A stretch of 33,896 nt of DNA, taken from Trichomonas gallinae (lineage: Eukaryota). Under the pieces are notes generated by a model. That model had not been told where the DNA came from and searched no databases. It saw only the letters and a program-made list of their open reading frames with translations. Numbering within the stretch: the stretch's first letter is position 1; each line of letters begins with the position of its first letter. Where the stretch lies: assembly GCA_008369845.1 (NCBI GenBank), contig MRSU01011300.1, positions 1-33,896 of the forward strand, read 5' to 3'. A program made the position numbers and the translations under genes. Shown in pieces: positions 17,912 through 28,056 of this stretch.

Positions 17912-20829
17912 TCCAAATTTTTTTTTTATTTTAAAAATTACAAAAAAATTTGTTTTGTCTAAAAAAATTTTTTTTGTTTTTCTATTTGTTGTAAATTTAA
18001 ATATACTACATTGAACCATCACTTTTTTAAATTCCGATATATCTTAACAATCGGCTCAATGACTCCGAAAAATATGTTTTAGGCGTTCTATATATGATTG
18101 TATACCCTTATTTAATAAAAAAGTAGCGAGAACGGGTTGTTATAAATTGAGAGCATTATTTTACTGTTACAAGAAAACTCGTGATTAATTAATCCAGACG
18201 ATTAATTATATTGACGATTTTCATTGAACAAAATTTTGAAAATCTCTAAGTCTCCAGAAATTTTGGATTAGAATTAGAATAGATATAAACAAGATATGAC
18301 TAAATGTTCACAAAATAATTCGTGTTTTTGTGTTCAAACTCATTTTTTTCAAGGGAATAGCTCCTCATGTGCCTTCTTAGCTTGTTGATCGAAGAAAAAG
18401 CGTTTTACATAAAATAGCGGTTCTCCTTTTTTTATTTTTTTTTTTTTTTTTTTTTATCTAAAAAAATTCAGTCAAACTACGTTCAATGAGTTTTTGTTAA
18501 TCACAGATAAGGTTGAAACCTGTATGCGAATTATAATGTAAAGAATAAATCGATATTTGTGAGTTGAATTAATTGTGTTTTTTTGGATAAGTTAATCCAC
18601 AAGAGAGATTGTGATCATTTTAATAACTGGGAGGTATGTTGATTGTTTATACATCGCTATTACATTTTTCACTTCTGTAATTTTTTGGACAATAAGGTGA
18701 ATCCCAAAAAAGGATATCAGAGCATTACAATAATGTTAGCTGTCTTTTTAATTAAGGAATTTGTTTAATTACCTTGTTTACACCAATTCGGCCTCTAACC
18801 TTTTTGGGTTCTTTGGATGAGTAAGTTTGTTTCACCATCTAACTCAATACGTAGGCTATGAATATGAGGTTAAAAGCCCTGTTATATTTTTATACTCAAT
18901 AGAAATATGTTATAAGCCAATGTTTTATCCGTACAATGCCATAGAGAGTTCTAGTATGATACACCCTAACAAATGTTATTATCCGATTTTTAATAATTAA
19001 CGAAAAAATGGCGAATTAATAATTATTTGATAACTCTAGTTTCTATTACTAATATACATCATATAAAGTGATTTTGAATTTTGTTAAAACATGGGAAAAT
19101 TACATTTTTGAGGCATTTAAATACAAAAAGTAATTAGTATTTATTGAAAATCATAGAACAAGGAAATTCTCAAATCTCGAATATAGTTTTAGTCGGATGC
19201 ATAGGTACGGAATCCTGAATATGGGTTCTATCGCTCCCAAATTCGTTTAATTAATTTTTTCTTTCACGAAGCACAGCTACAAACAGTACGTTTTTAAACA
19301 TATATCAGTAATAGGAATCGACCCATAAGTATATGCGCGATATGATATGGTTTAATTTTATTTGGGAATAATTTTGTTTAGCTTGTATATGCTATTTAAA
19401 CATGTATAATCGGTCACAGATAGAATTATCGAATCCATGAAGTATTTATAGGAATATAATGATTCAATTACTATGTTATTCTATATCAAACTACTTAAAA
19501 AAAAAACTGATGGGATAAGTTCTCTACAAACTATTTATAATGGGATGCCACTCAAAAAAGTCAAATAAGTTGATAAAAAATGTTTTTTTTATTGTCTAAT
19601 TTTGCTCATAATCATCAAGAGACATATTAAAGTAATCTTTGTACAGTAGAGTCTCTTGATTTATTTCAATAATTTATAAAAGTTAATATATTTTCAAGGA
19701 ATCTCGAATTATATAGGATATTTGGATCTGCTGATTCTCTACTATGCTTTTTGAACTCTGTTAAAAAAGAGATAAAGTCAATCTTCTAATTTGTTGAGCA
19801 GATAGCTTGTATCTACGAGATAATTCCATTATGGAGTCAGATTATTTTAATCATCTACCATAGTTATTGCTTTAATCGTGAATTTTTTAATCGTTGTTTT
19901 TTCGAATCGAGAAAGAGAATCGAGTTGACTTCATTCGACTTATACTATTGATTACCATGCTGGATTAACATGCATATTTAACATTCAACGTTGAACATGA
20001 ACATTCATTGGAGATTTGGTTAAATAAAGCATAGAGAATAGTAGCAATGATCTATATGATGCTTTTCATGCACATAAATTCATTTCTTTGCCCCTAAGTA
20101 CCTTATAAAAACCAACTAATGAAGTGAACACTTGAAATCATTCAATATTTTTCAATTATGAAATAAAAAATGCAATACAAAATATTCCAATGTTTTAATG
20201 CCAATTATACCAGAGAAACTAATTTCCTTCCACCAAAATGTTAACTCACAAAAAATAAAATCCATCGATAGATTTTACTCCTTAAAAGATCATCTTTTTA
20301 ATAATTTTTAAAAAATTTTCGGTCGATATTATCGTTAGATTTTTTTTTTTCAAAATAAGATTTTCTTTAATTAACGATGGTTAACAACAAATGCTATGTC
20401 TATTCTCGATGAAACAATGCAAAAATTACCAAAAAATTTTTTAACATTGAAATTTTAGGATATTTGATACTATAAGATGGAGCTATATATAAATATCAAA
20501 TAAAATTGGAAAAATCTTTTTTTGATTTTTTAGAGTATTAATTTTTAGATATCTGGTATCTTTATCTCATATTGATTTAAAATACAAAAAATGGCTGACT
20601 AATTCTGTATTAATATCCAGCGGCATATAAATTTATTTTAATTTGAGAGAAGTACGATAAATTTCATAGAATTTTTTGTTTGTTCTCACAAAATTTGATA
20701 ATTTTGCCGATAAAGTCTCAGAAACCCCATCGTCATTTTATATTTACCTTGTTATAATGTATAATAACTGATTATGCTCATTTATCAAAACAAAAAATAA
20801 AAAATTGATAACTCATATCATTTTTTAGA

Positions 20830-22218
20830 ATGGACGCGCCAATTAGCGGTGATAACACAGTTGCTAAGGTCCCAGGCTTTAAGATCTACCTTATTGCCAT
20901 GGCCTGCCTCGGCTACCAGCTTTCGCTTGGTATCATCTTATCTCTTGCAGATCCACTCATGACACAACTCAAATTAGGCTCTGCCACTAAATTCGCTACA
21001 TGGACAATCGGCCCAATTACAGGATTTTTCGTTCCACCAATCGTCGGTTACTACTCGGATCGTTGCAAATCTAAGTACGGACGCCGCAGACCATTCATCC
21101 TCATTGGTGGCATCTTCACCGTCCTCGGCTTATTCGCTTTGTATCTTCTCAGAAAGTACGCCTCTAAATTAGAGACCGATACACTTACAACACTCTACTT
21201 AACAGCTATTTTAGTTACATTCATCGCCAACAACGTAATGCAGGGCCCAACACGCTCCATTATCGGTGATATTCTCCCAACATCTCAGCACGGCCGCGGT
21301 TTTGCTATCGCATCCGTTTTAATCGGCCTCGGCTCAGTCTTTTCCAACCTCATTGGTGGCTGCGCTTACTTCACAAAGATCGAGTGGTACTACTCCAACG
21401 CCTTCCCAGTCACATTCATTCTCGGCGCTATCATCACATGCATCACAATCGCTGTTACATGCTTCGCCGCCAAGGAGCAGCAGTTCACAGGCGAGCTCGA
21501 CACATACTCCGCGTTCTCCAAGATCTGGTCCTCTCTCAAGCACATGTCAGTTCCAATGTCTCGCGCATCATGGGCTCTCATGGTCTCCTGGATCGGCTAC
21601 TGCTCATACCTCGTCAAGTGCACAACATTCTTCGCACACGAAGTCTTCCCAGACTCACAGATGAACAAGGGCCTCTGCTTCGGCTTGTTTGTTAACACAA
21701 TCGTCAACTTCGTCTCATTCATCTACGGTCTTGTCCACAACAAGTGCATGAAGTTCATCGGTGTCAAGGTTACATACTCCGTTTCCCACGCAATCATGGC
21801 TCTCTGCCTTGCTACAGTTTTCTTCACACAGAGCAAGTGGGTACTCCTCGGCCTCATGGCACCACTCGGTATCGCCTTCACAGTCTTCGGCACAGTCCCA
21901 TTCCACGTCGCATCCCTTGACTCAACGGCCAAGGACCTCGGCGTTAACATCGGTATCCTCAACATCTTCGCCACAATCGGACAACAGATCTGCACAATCA
22001 TCAACTCCCTCATCGGAACAACGTGGGAGCACTGGCCATGGCTCCAGACAAAGATCGGAGTCAACCAGGCTTTCATCGCGTTCGGTACAGTCGGCTCAAT
22101 CGTCGCCACAATCATGTCCTTCTACCTCATCGTCCCATCACACGATGGCGGAAATGGCGGCTCTACCGATGGCAACAACGAGGCCTCAATGGGTGCTTAT
22201 GACCCAATCAAGGTCTAA
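20830..22218 (+). CDS. MFS transporter of the sucrose transporter (SUT/SUC)/SLC45 (GPH) family, 462 aa
   Basis: About 12 hydrophobic segments; signatures WTIGPITGFFVPPIVGYYSDRCKSKYGRRRPFI, NNVMQGPTRSIIGDI and GVNIGILNIFATIGQ. Tandem Inr TCATA/TCATT at 20813-20822. Strongly C-ending codons. Confidence 0.95.
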   Translation: MDAPISGDNTVAKVPGFKIYLIAMACLGYQLSLGIILSLADPLMTQLKLGSATKFATWTIGPITGFFVPPIVGYYSDRCKSKYGRRRPFILIGGIFTVLGLFALYLLRKYASKLETDTLTTLYLTAILVTFIANNVMQGPTRSIIGDILPTSQHGRGFAIASVLIGLGSVFSNLIGGCAYFTKIEWYYSNAFPVTFILGAIITCITIAVTCFAAKEQQFTGELDTYSAFSKIWSSLKHMSVPMSRASWALMVSWIGYCSYLVKCTTFFAHEVFPDSQMNKGLCFGLFVNTIVNFVSFIYGLVHNKCMKFIGVKVTYSVSHAIMALCLATVFFTQSKWVLLGLMAPLGIAFTVFGTVPFHVASLDSTAKDLGVNIGILNIFATIGQQICTIINSLIGTTWEHWPWLQTKIGVNQAFIAFGTVGSIVATIMSFYLIVPSHDGGNGGSTDGNNEASMGAYDPIKV

Positions 22219-22686
22219 GAAACTTTTTATACAATTTTCGTAAAAAAATACCATTCTTTGTTTCTCAAAAATTTATTATTTTTTGATTTTTTTTTCCAAA
22301 AACAATTTCTAGGCAGGAATAATTATCATGATACATTTTTCAATCATTATGAGAGATTTCTGTGTTTATTGAAGATGAACTTAATTTTTAATTTTTCAAG
22401 TTTATAGAAATAGATTGCAGCCAAACAATTGTTTCTGCCTAATATACTATGCATTATAACGTTTTTAACATTGATATGTTTGATGTTGAAAATTTTGATA
22501 CTTTGATATAATAATTTTTTTATATTCTCGGTCGATAATAATATTTACTCAAATAGCATATTAATATAGACGAACTCCAACTTTTTGCATGTTAATAGTG
22601 AAGTATTATATTTATTTTAAAGGATATCTTTACTTTTACCGATAATAATTTCATATAAATAAATAAAATAGTTAATGAGTTAGTTA

Positions 22687-24303
22687 TCATTGGGCGTCAT
22701 TTCCAGCGTTCTCTTGGCTGAAATCAAACAAGTTGTTTTTGGTTGGTTCTAAAGAAACGTTAACATCATCAAACTGGACAGATTCCAAATTGATATCTTC
22801 GTTTAGAGCAACGCTGCCAGAAGATGAAATGTCGTTTTGTGGTCCTTTGTTCTTTGACTTCTTGACGAGTAAGATAATGGCAAGAAGGACAATAAGAACA
22901 AATACAACTATTGCAACAATGATTCCAATTAATGCACCTTCAGAAAGTTTACCAGGCCTCTTCCCATCTTGGCCATCCGGATTGGGATGTGTTGTTTGAG
23001 TGCTTTTTTCATTTCCTGGTTGAGGGTTTTCTTCATTACCTGTTTGAGTGTTTTCTTCATTTCCTGGTTGAGTGTTTTCTTCATTTCCTGGTTGAGGGTT
23101 TATTGGAGGAACCCCTCCTTCTGTTGTTGTTGTAGTAGTAATAGTTCTTTCTTCTTCTTCTTCTGTTGTTGTTGTTGTAGTTGTTACATCTGTTGTTGTA
23201 TTGGTTTCTTCTACTTCTGTTGTTGTTGTATTGGTTTCTTCTTCTGTTGTTGTTGTAGTTGTTTCATCTGTTGTAGTAGTAGTTGTTGTTTCATCTGTTG
23301 TTGTAGTAGTATTGGTTGTCTCTTCTGTAGTTGTTGTTGAAGTTGTTACTTCTGTTGTTGTTGTTGAAGTTGTCTCTTCTGTTGTAGTTGTTGAAGTTGT
23401 CTCTTCTGTTGTAGTTGTTGTTGATACGTTTTCATTAACATCAACATTTAAAATTTCTCTCTTGACATTGTGAGCTGTATTTTTGGCAAAAATGACATTA
23501 CTTGTCAAAACTTCACCTTCGCCGACAAAGTCGTTGACAAAACATTTGCCAGATTGTTCGATAGTGCAAAGCTCATAAACATCATTGCTGCCTTTAATTG
23601 TCAAAGATCTGAAACTGGGCACAGAATTTTGAATGTGGATAATTCCTGTCACTTTTTGTAATGAGTTGAATCCGAATATGCTGAGATATTCTATTGGATT
23701 ACCATTGACATTTTCAAGGTTTATGAGGCAGTTGAGTGATGTAGGATTCTCCATGTTGATGTATTTGATGCATTCGACTGCACCTTTCAATGAGAATCCA
23801 GAGCAAAAATCTGAATAACAATTTGAAAAGTTTGTGTTGTATAATGTATTGTATTCTCCTTGGAGATCGGCTGTATTTACTGGATTGTTACCATTATTAA
23901 AGACATCGGCTGGTGCACAGCGAGCAATTGATGTTTCAATAATCCGTGTAGAATTTGCGACCGAGAATATGAATTGGCCGCGGGATTTATCATTTCTATT
24001 AATTGAGTAGCACTCTTCGGCGTGGTTTTGATGCAATATTATGTTACCTTGTTTTGATTCAAATGAGATCGCTCCGCCTGCTTCTTGATTACGGATGCGC
24101 AAATAGTTGCAACGTGTTATAGCGAGCATAATATTGAAGGCTGAGCAAGAAATAGCACCTCCTTTCGCATTGTTAGAAATAAAATCTGAAAAATGGGAAT
24201 TTGAGACTAAATACTGTCCAGGTGCTTTGATGTCGACGTGTGAAGTTTCTTTCGAAAAGGTATTCTTTATTAGATTGGTAGAAATAAGCTTTTCGAACTC
24301 CAT
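22687..24303 (-). CDS. Pmp-like (GGAI/FxxN) single-pass surface protein with mucin-like Thr/Glu stalk (538 aa)
   Basis: FISNNAKGGAI and EAGGAISF motifs, an Asn/Cys-rich beta-helix-like region, a ~100-aa T/E stalk, QPGNEENT repeats, TM GALIGIIVAIVVFVLIVLLAIILLV and an acidic tail. Start placed at ATG 24303 because Inr TCACA lies at 24307-24311 and the upstream codons are poly-A. Confidence 0.88.
   Translation of the reverse strand: MEFEKLISTNLIKNTFSKETSHVDIKAPGQYLVSNSHFSDFISNNAKGGAISCSAFNIMLAITRCNYLRIRNQEAGGAISFESKQGNIILHQNHAEECYSINRNDKSRGQFIFSVANSTRIIETSIARCAPADVFNNGNNPVNTADLQGEYNTLYNTNFSNCYSDFCSGFSLKGAVECIKYINMENPTSLNCLINLENVNGNPIEYLSIFGFNSLQKVTGIIHIQNSVPSFRSLTIKGSNDVYELCTIEQSGKCFVNDFVGEGEVLTSNVIFAKNTAHNVKREILNVDVNENVSTTTTTEETTSTTTTEETTSTTTTEVTTSTTTTEETTNTTTTTDETTTTTTTDETTTTTTEEETNTTTTEVEETNTTTDVTTTTTTTEEEEERTITTTTTTEGGVPPINPQPGNEENTQPGNEENTQTGNEENPQPGNEKSTQTTHPNPDGQDGKRPGKLSEGALIGIIVAIVVFVLIVLLAIILLVKKSKNKGPQNDISSSGSVALNEDINLESVQFDDVNVSLEPTKNNLFDFSQENAGNDAQ
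22996..23100 (-). repeat. About 4.4 x 24-bp tandem repeat encoding (P/T)GNEE(N/K)(T/P)Q-type 8-mers
   Basis: Units start at 22996, 23020, 23044, 23068 and 23092. Units 23044-23067 and 23068-23091 are identical (ttgagtgttttcttcatttcctgg). Confidence 0.92.
23119..23425 (-). repeat. Thr/Glu-rich low-complexity repeat (TTTTEETTS, about 27-bp units) forming a mucin-like stalk
   Basis: GTT/GTA-rich tract on + strand; repeated gttgttgaagttgtctcttctgtt units near 23320-23420. Confidence 0.9.
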
Positions 24304-25514
24304 TCTTGTGAAATTGTTTTTTTTTCTCAAAAATCTTTTTGTGAAAAAATTGGTTTTCGCTTCCATTATATGTATTAGTGCTAAAAATCACATATAATGT
24401 GTTCAAATATTTGTGTCAATGTTTGGAAAAACGAACATATTTGAATAGTTTACTATAAATAATAATAGTGATAATTTGATTAAATATAATATCTAAAAAA
24501 CAATTTATTCATAAAGATATTTGAATGCATTTTCAATTATTTTTTTTTTGAATAAATTTATTATTTTATATGTGTTCGATCCTAATATTCACATACTTCC
24601 ATTTTGATACAAAAGTTGAACTTTTTAGGTTTTTGTATGCTGACTCAGCTTGAATTTGTAATAATGTTGTTAGAAAATATAAAAAATGGATGCATCTCGT
24701 ATATTCTTCACATATTCCAACATCGTCGAATTTCAGATATTGATTTTTTATAACGAATTCAAAAATATATTCACAATTTTTGAATAATATCAAATTATAT
24801 ATCATAGAAGATGAAAATACATTGTTTTATGGCAAAAATTAACTTGTACGTTATAATTCAAATGCTAACGTTAAATAAAGAACATCATTAAGATGTGATT
24901 AAGTAGACACAACGGGCTATAAATATATATTTTAATTAGATTTATTTTTATTTTTAATCTCAATTATTTCATGCATTTGTGATACATATTGTAATGATAA
25001 ACTATTTTCTTTTTTTTTGTCTCAACCGTTCTGATTGTCACTTTTTGGATATTTTATAAAAAGACGAAATATTTATACCTTCATGCATAGTGCATCACAT
25101 AAAGCATATATTTCCAATAATTAACTTTAGTTGCTTGAAAATCATTTATTTCGATTTTATTTTAGATGTATCATCATAAACATTTATTATTCTTCTGGAA
25201 TTTCGATTTATATCAGCAAACTGACCAATTTTTCATTTGTTTGTTATTCTTCTTTTTCCTGCAATACCCATCACACATACATTAACCCTTGACAATCAGC
25301 ATTAAAAAACACTACCATTTCGTATTCGTTGATAATGAAATTTGATCACAACCTTAGAAATTTAATTTTATTGTTCTTTTCCATCATACCTTCCCGAAAA
25401 AAGCTATGTTCAAAATGTTCGGTTCATTAATTATAAAGAAAAGGTTTATGACACGTAAACTCTTTACACAAAAAATGGCAAATTTTTTCGATATCGCTAA
25501 AATTAAATATTTTT

Positions 25515-25862
25515 ATGATTGCTACTGGAATCCAATTCCTTTGTTTATTTATATCGTTTTTATTCAGACAGATATTCCCAAATTGCATTCGTGCACCACA
25601 ATTTACAACTTTATTGTCAAAACGAGTTACATTTCAATCAAACAAATATACATTTTCAGGTATTATCACTCCTATTGCTGGATTTTACGAAATGGAACAT
25701 AATTTTCTAGTTTCATCAATTGTATCAATGTCAATTATCATCGCTGCAACAATTATTATCTTGATCTGGTATTTTGCTTACAAAAGACCTAGAATACGCC
25801 CTAAACAAGAAGATTCAAATACAGAAAGACCTTTATTCACTGAAATTGAAAGCCTTTATTGA
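25515..25862 (+). CDS. Small putative membrane protein (115 aa), possibly the surviving 3' part of a decayed gene
   Basis: Clear TM segment FLVSSIVSMSIIIAATIIILIWYFAY followed by basic KRPRIRPK and an acidic tail. The N-terminus is weakly hydrophobic. The ORF is AT-rich and the start is uncertain. Confidence 0.5.
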   Translation: MIATGIQFLCLFISFLFRQIFPNCIRAPQFTTLLSKRVTFQSNKYTFSGIITPIAGFYEMEHNFLVSSIVSMSIIIAATIIILIWYFAYKRPRIRPKQEDSNTERPLFTEIESLY

Positions 25863-26323
25863 TTCCTATATTATTTGAGGTTATTCATTTTACTAATAGA
25901 CTTGATCCAATATGACTACTACTATTCACGGCACATGTCTCAGTTTTGCGTAATTTGATAATTCTTTCTTATTAATTGTTTTACAGATTTCTGCTTACTG
26001 CGTATATTCCCTTCAAATGTTTGTACTTAAATTTCGTTATTTATTATTTGTATTTATCTCATTTTATTTTCACATATTTCCTATTATCATAAGATTTACC
26101 TTATACCAAATATATATGTCAATTATACGGCAAAAGAATGTTTCTCAGAGTGTTTAATGTATTTTCCATGTTTGCGAAATTTTATCTTTCAAAATCTATA
26201 TCATTGCAATTCGGAATAGTTCTTGTATAGTGTAGTTAAATGAAAACATGCTTTATTTTGAACAAAGAACAATTTATATCATAATCATACAAACAAATTA
26301 AGGTTTCGGAGATTGTACTCCAA

Positions 26324-26512
26324 CTATTGTTGATTATGCGTCTTTTTGATATTCTCTAGTTCTTTTTTAGCTGAATTTATCTGGTCAAGGAAATTTTCGA
26401 TTTCTGCGACAAGTTGAGATCGCCTTCCTAACTCTTCTTCATACTTATCAGCAAGGCTTTCGTACTCATCGATCATATCTTGTGGCGGCTTCAAAAATGC
26501 ATTGTCACTCAT
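26324..26512 (-). CDS. 62-aa acidic coiled-coil microprotein
   Basis: MSDNAFLKPPQDMIDEYESLADKYEEELGRRSQLVAEIENFLDQINSAKKELENIKK has protein-like E/K/L composition and heptad periodicity, unlike the flanking spurious ORFs. ATG at 26512 (the track start at 26533 is TTG). Confidence 0.65.
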   Translation of the reverse strand: MSDNAFLKPPQDMIDEYESLADKYEEELGRRSQLVAEIENFLDQINSAKKELENIKKTHNQQ

Positions 26513-26534
26513 TACATAAATAAAAATTGCCAAT

Positions 26535-26565
26535 ATTAAGGTTATTTACACAAAATAACCTTAAT
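26535..26565. repeat. Perfect 13-bp inverted repeat ATTAAGGTTATTT-acaca-AAATAACCTTAAT
   Basis: Arms at 26535-26547 and 26553-26565 are exact reverse complements. Confidence 0.9.
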
Positions 26566-27852
26566 TTGAACTAAATTGAGCATTTTGTCAGATAAACTGT
26601 CATTCGTTTTATTACATGACAATACTCCATTTTTGAATAGTCTACATGACAAATATATTACGGGGGTGCATATTATTTTTACATCTTCTTATAGTTGGAA
26701 ATTCTGTCACAATATATTGCATATAATTTAATCATTTGTTTTTGAAAAAATTAATATGATTTATTCCTTCCAAAATCTCGTATTATATCGGTATTTAACC
26801 AATTTTCACGAAAAACATAAATAGCTTTAATTATCATTCTCATTTTCGATTATAATTATATTATTCTCGATTCTTTTACATATTACATATCAATGAGGTA
26901 CTCTTCTAGATGAGTTTGGCTTATTCCATCATTTGACATATTAAAAAAAGTCTGTGTTGAAACGCAATCAGTTTTTCAATTTATGGATTGTTATTCTAAA
27001 TTTTGCTCTTAGTTGTTTGTTAAAAACTCCATGATGTATATGTTGTTTGATTTTGCCAATCATTTCTTACGAATTGAAAAAGTATTAGATCGTGGTGCTT
27101 CTTCATTTTTTGTTAACAAATACAATATGTGTACAATCATGTGATCATGGTCTTATACAGCAAATTGGATATCATATTATGAGTATTTTTGCTTGAAATC
27201 AAATATTGCCATTATTTGACGAAATTTAATATGATTTTGAATATGATATAATGCACAAATAAAATTCTGTCCATATACGGACATAGATATTTATGCGAAC
27301 TTCATGAATATACAATCATTACTTTCATATACCCTCAGTAAAAAAAGTAGTAGCAATACAACGTGGAAAAAATTGATGCCTAGCTCGGGAAATTTTATTA
27401 GACAAGTGTCTATGAAACTCATGCTGATATATCTATGCCATAAATAGCCATATATGGATAAATAAAAAATGTATGTTTATTAATTAATTAGAGGAAAAAA
27501 CGCAAAAAAGTAAAAAATGTAAACTATTCAAAGGTATATATACATGTCATATGACAGAATTCTATTTTTAAAATTTATTGACACACGAGACCGAAAATGA
27601 TATTGGTGGAGGGAACCGGAAATCTTATTCCCCTTTAAGCGAACCATATGTAATTCGATTTATTAAATTACAGAAAGTCATTTTTAAAACATTTATATGT
27701 CAAAATTATCTTTTACATGACAGATTGTTTATAGCTTCGTTATTTGATCGTTAAAAGGTGTTTCACTGAAAACGGTTGTCGAATCCATGTTATATGTCTT
27801 CTAATTAGTATCATAAACATGGTTTAATAATCAAAATCGAAAATTTCATTTT

Positions 27853-27872
27853 TGAAAAGTCATGACTTTTCA
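27853..27872. repeat. Perfect 20-bp palindrome TGAAAAGTCATGACTTTTCA
   Basis: Self-complementary over 20 nt, about 185 nt upstream of the 28057 ATG. Confidence 0.9.
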
Positions 27873-28056
27873 TTCTATCAGTAGATTTGTATTCAATGTA
27901 ATATTATATGACTAAATTTGCAATTTATTTGTATTTACATAAAATTTCAAAATTTTTTTATGAAATTTTATATTTCGATTATTCTACTCAAGGAAAGCAC
28001 ATAAATAGAATTTCACATAAAATGACGTTAAGGGCAATTTTTTTTTTACAAAAAAA

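Noticed and set aside
17912..18022. N-terminal extension of the C2 ORF (similar extensions at 24304-24366, 29680-29703 and 32735-32773)
   Set aside because: Made of A/T homopolymer leader sequence or non-ATG starts; the downstream ATGs fit domain boundaries, initiators or the myristoylation motif.
18351..18428. tRNA gene (starts AAGGGAA-TAGCTC)
   Set aside because: No D-loop GG, anticodon arm or GTTCRA T-loop; kept only as a generic ncRNA candidate.
18634..18640. GTATGT possible 5' splice site
   Set aside because: No ACTAAC..AG branch/acceptor motif downstream and no flanking exon; no intron is supported anywhere in the window.
21334..22243. Multiple overlapping ORFs in and around the MFS gene
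   Set aside because: By-products of strong C-ending codon bias that depletes stops in alternative frames.
22932..23473. Cys-rich and Val-rich ORFs on +; also considered the 24-bp repeats as a CRISPR array
   Set aside because: They are antisense to the Thr repeat. The repeats are head-to-tail and in frame, with no unique spacers or cas genes.
24566..24805. 79-aa minus-strand ORF below the orphan promoter
   Set aside because: AT-rich composition, no motif, and about 200 nt from the promoter with intervening ATGs; not supportable as a gene.
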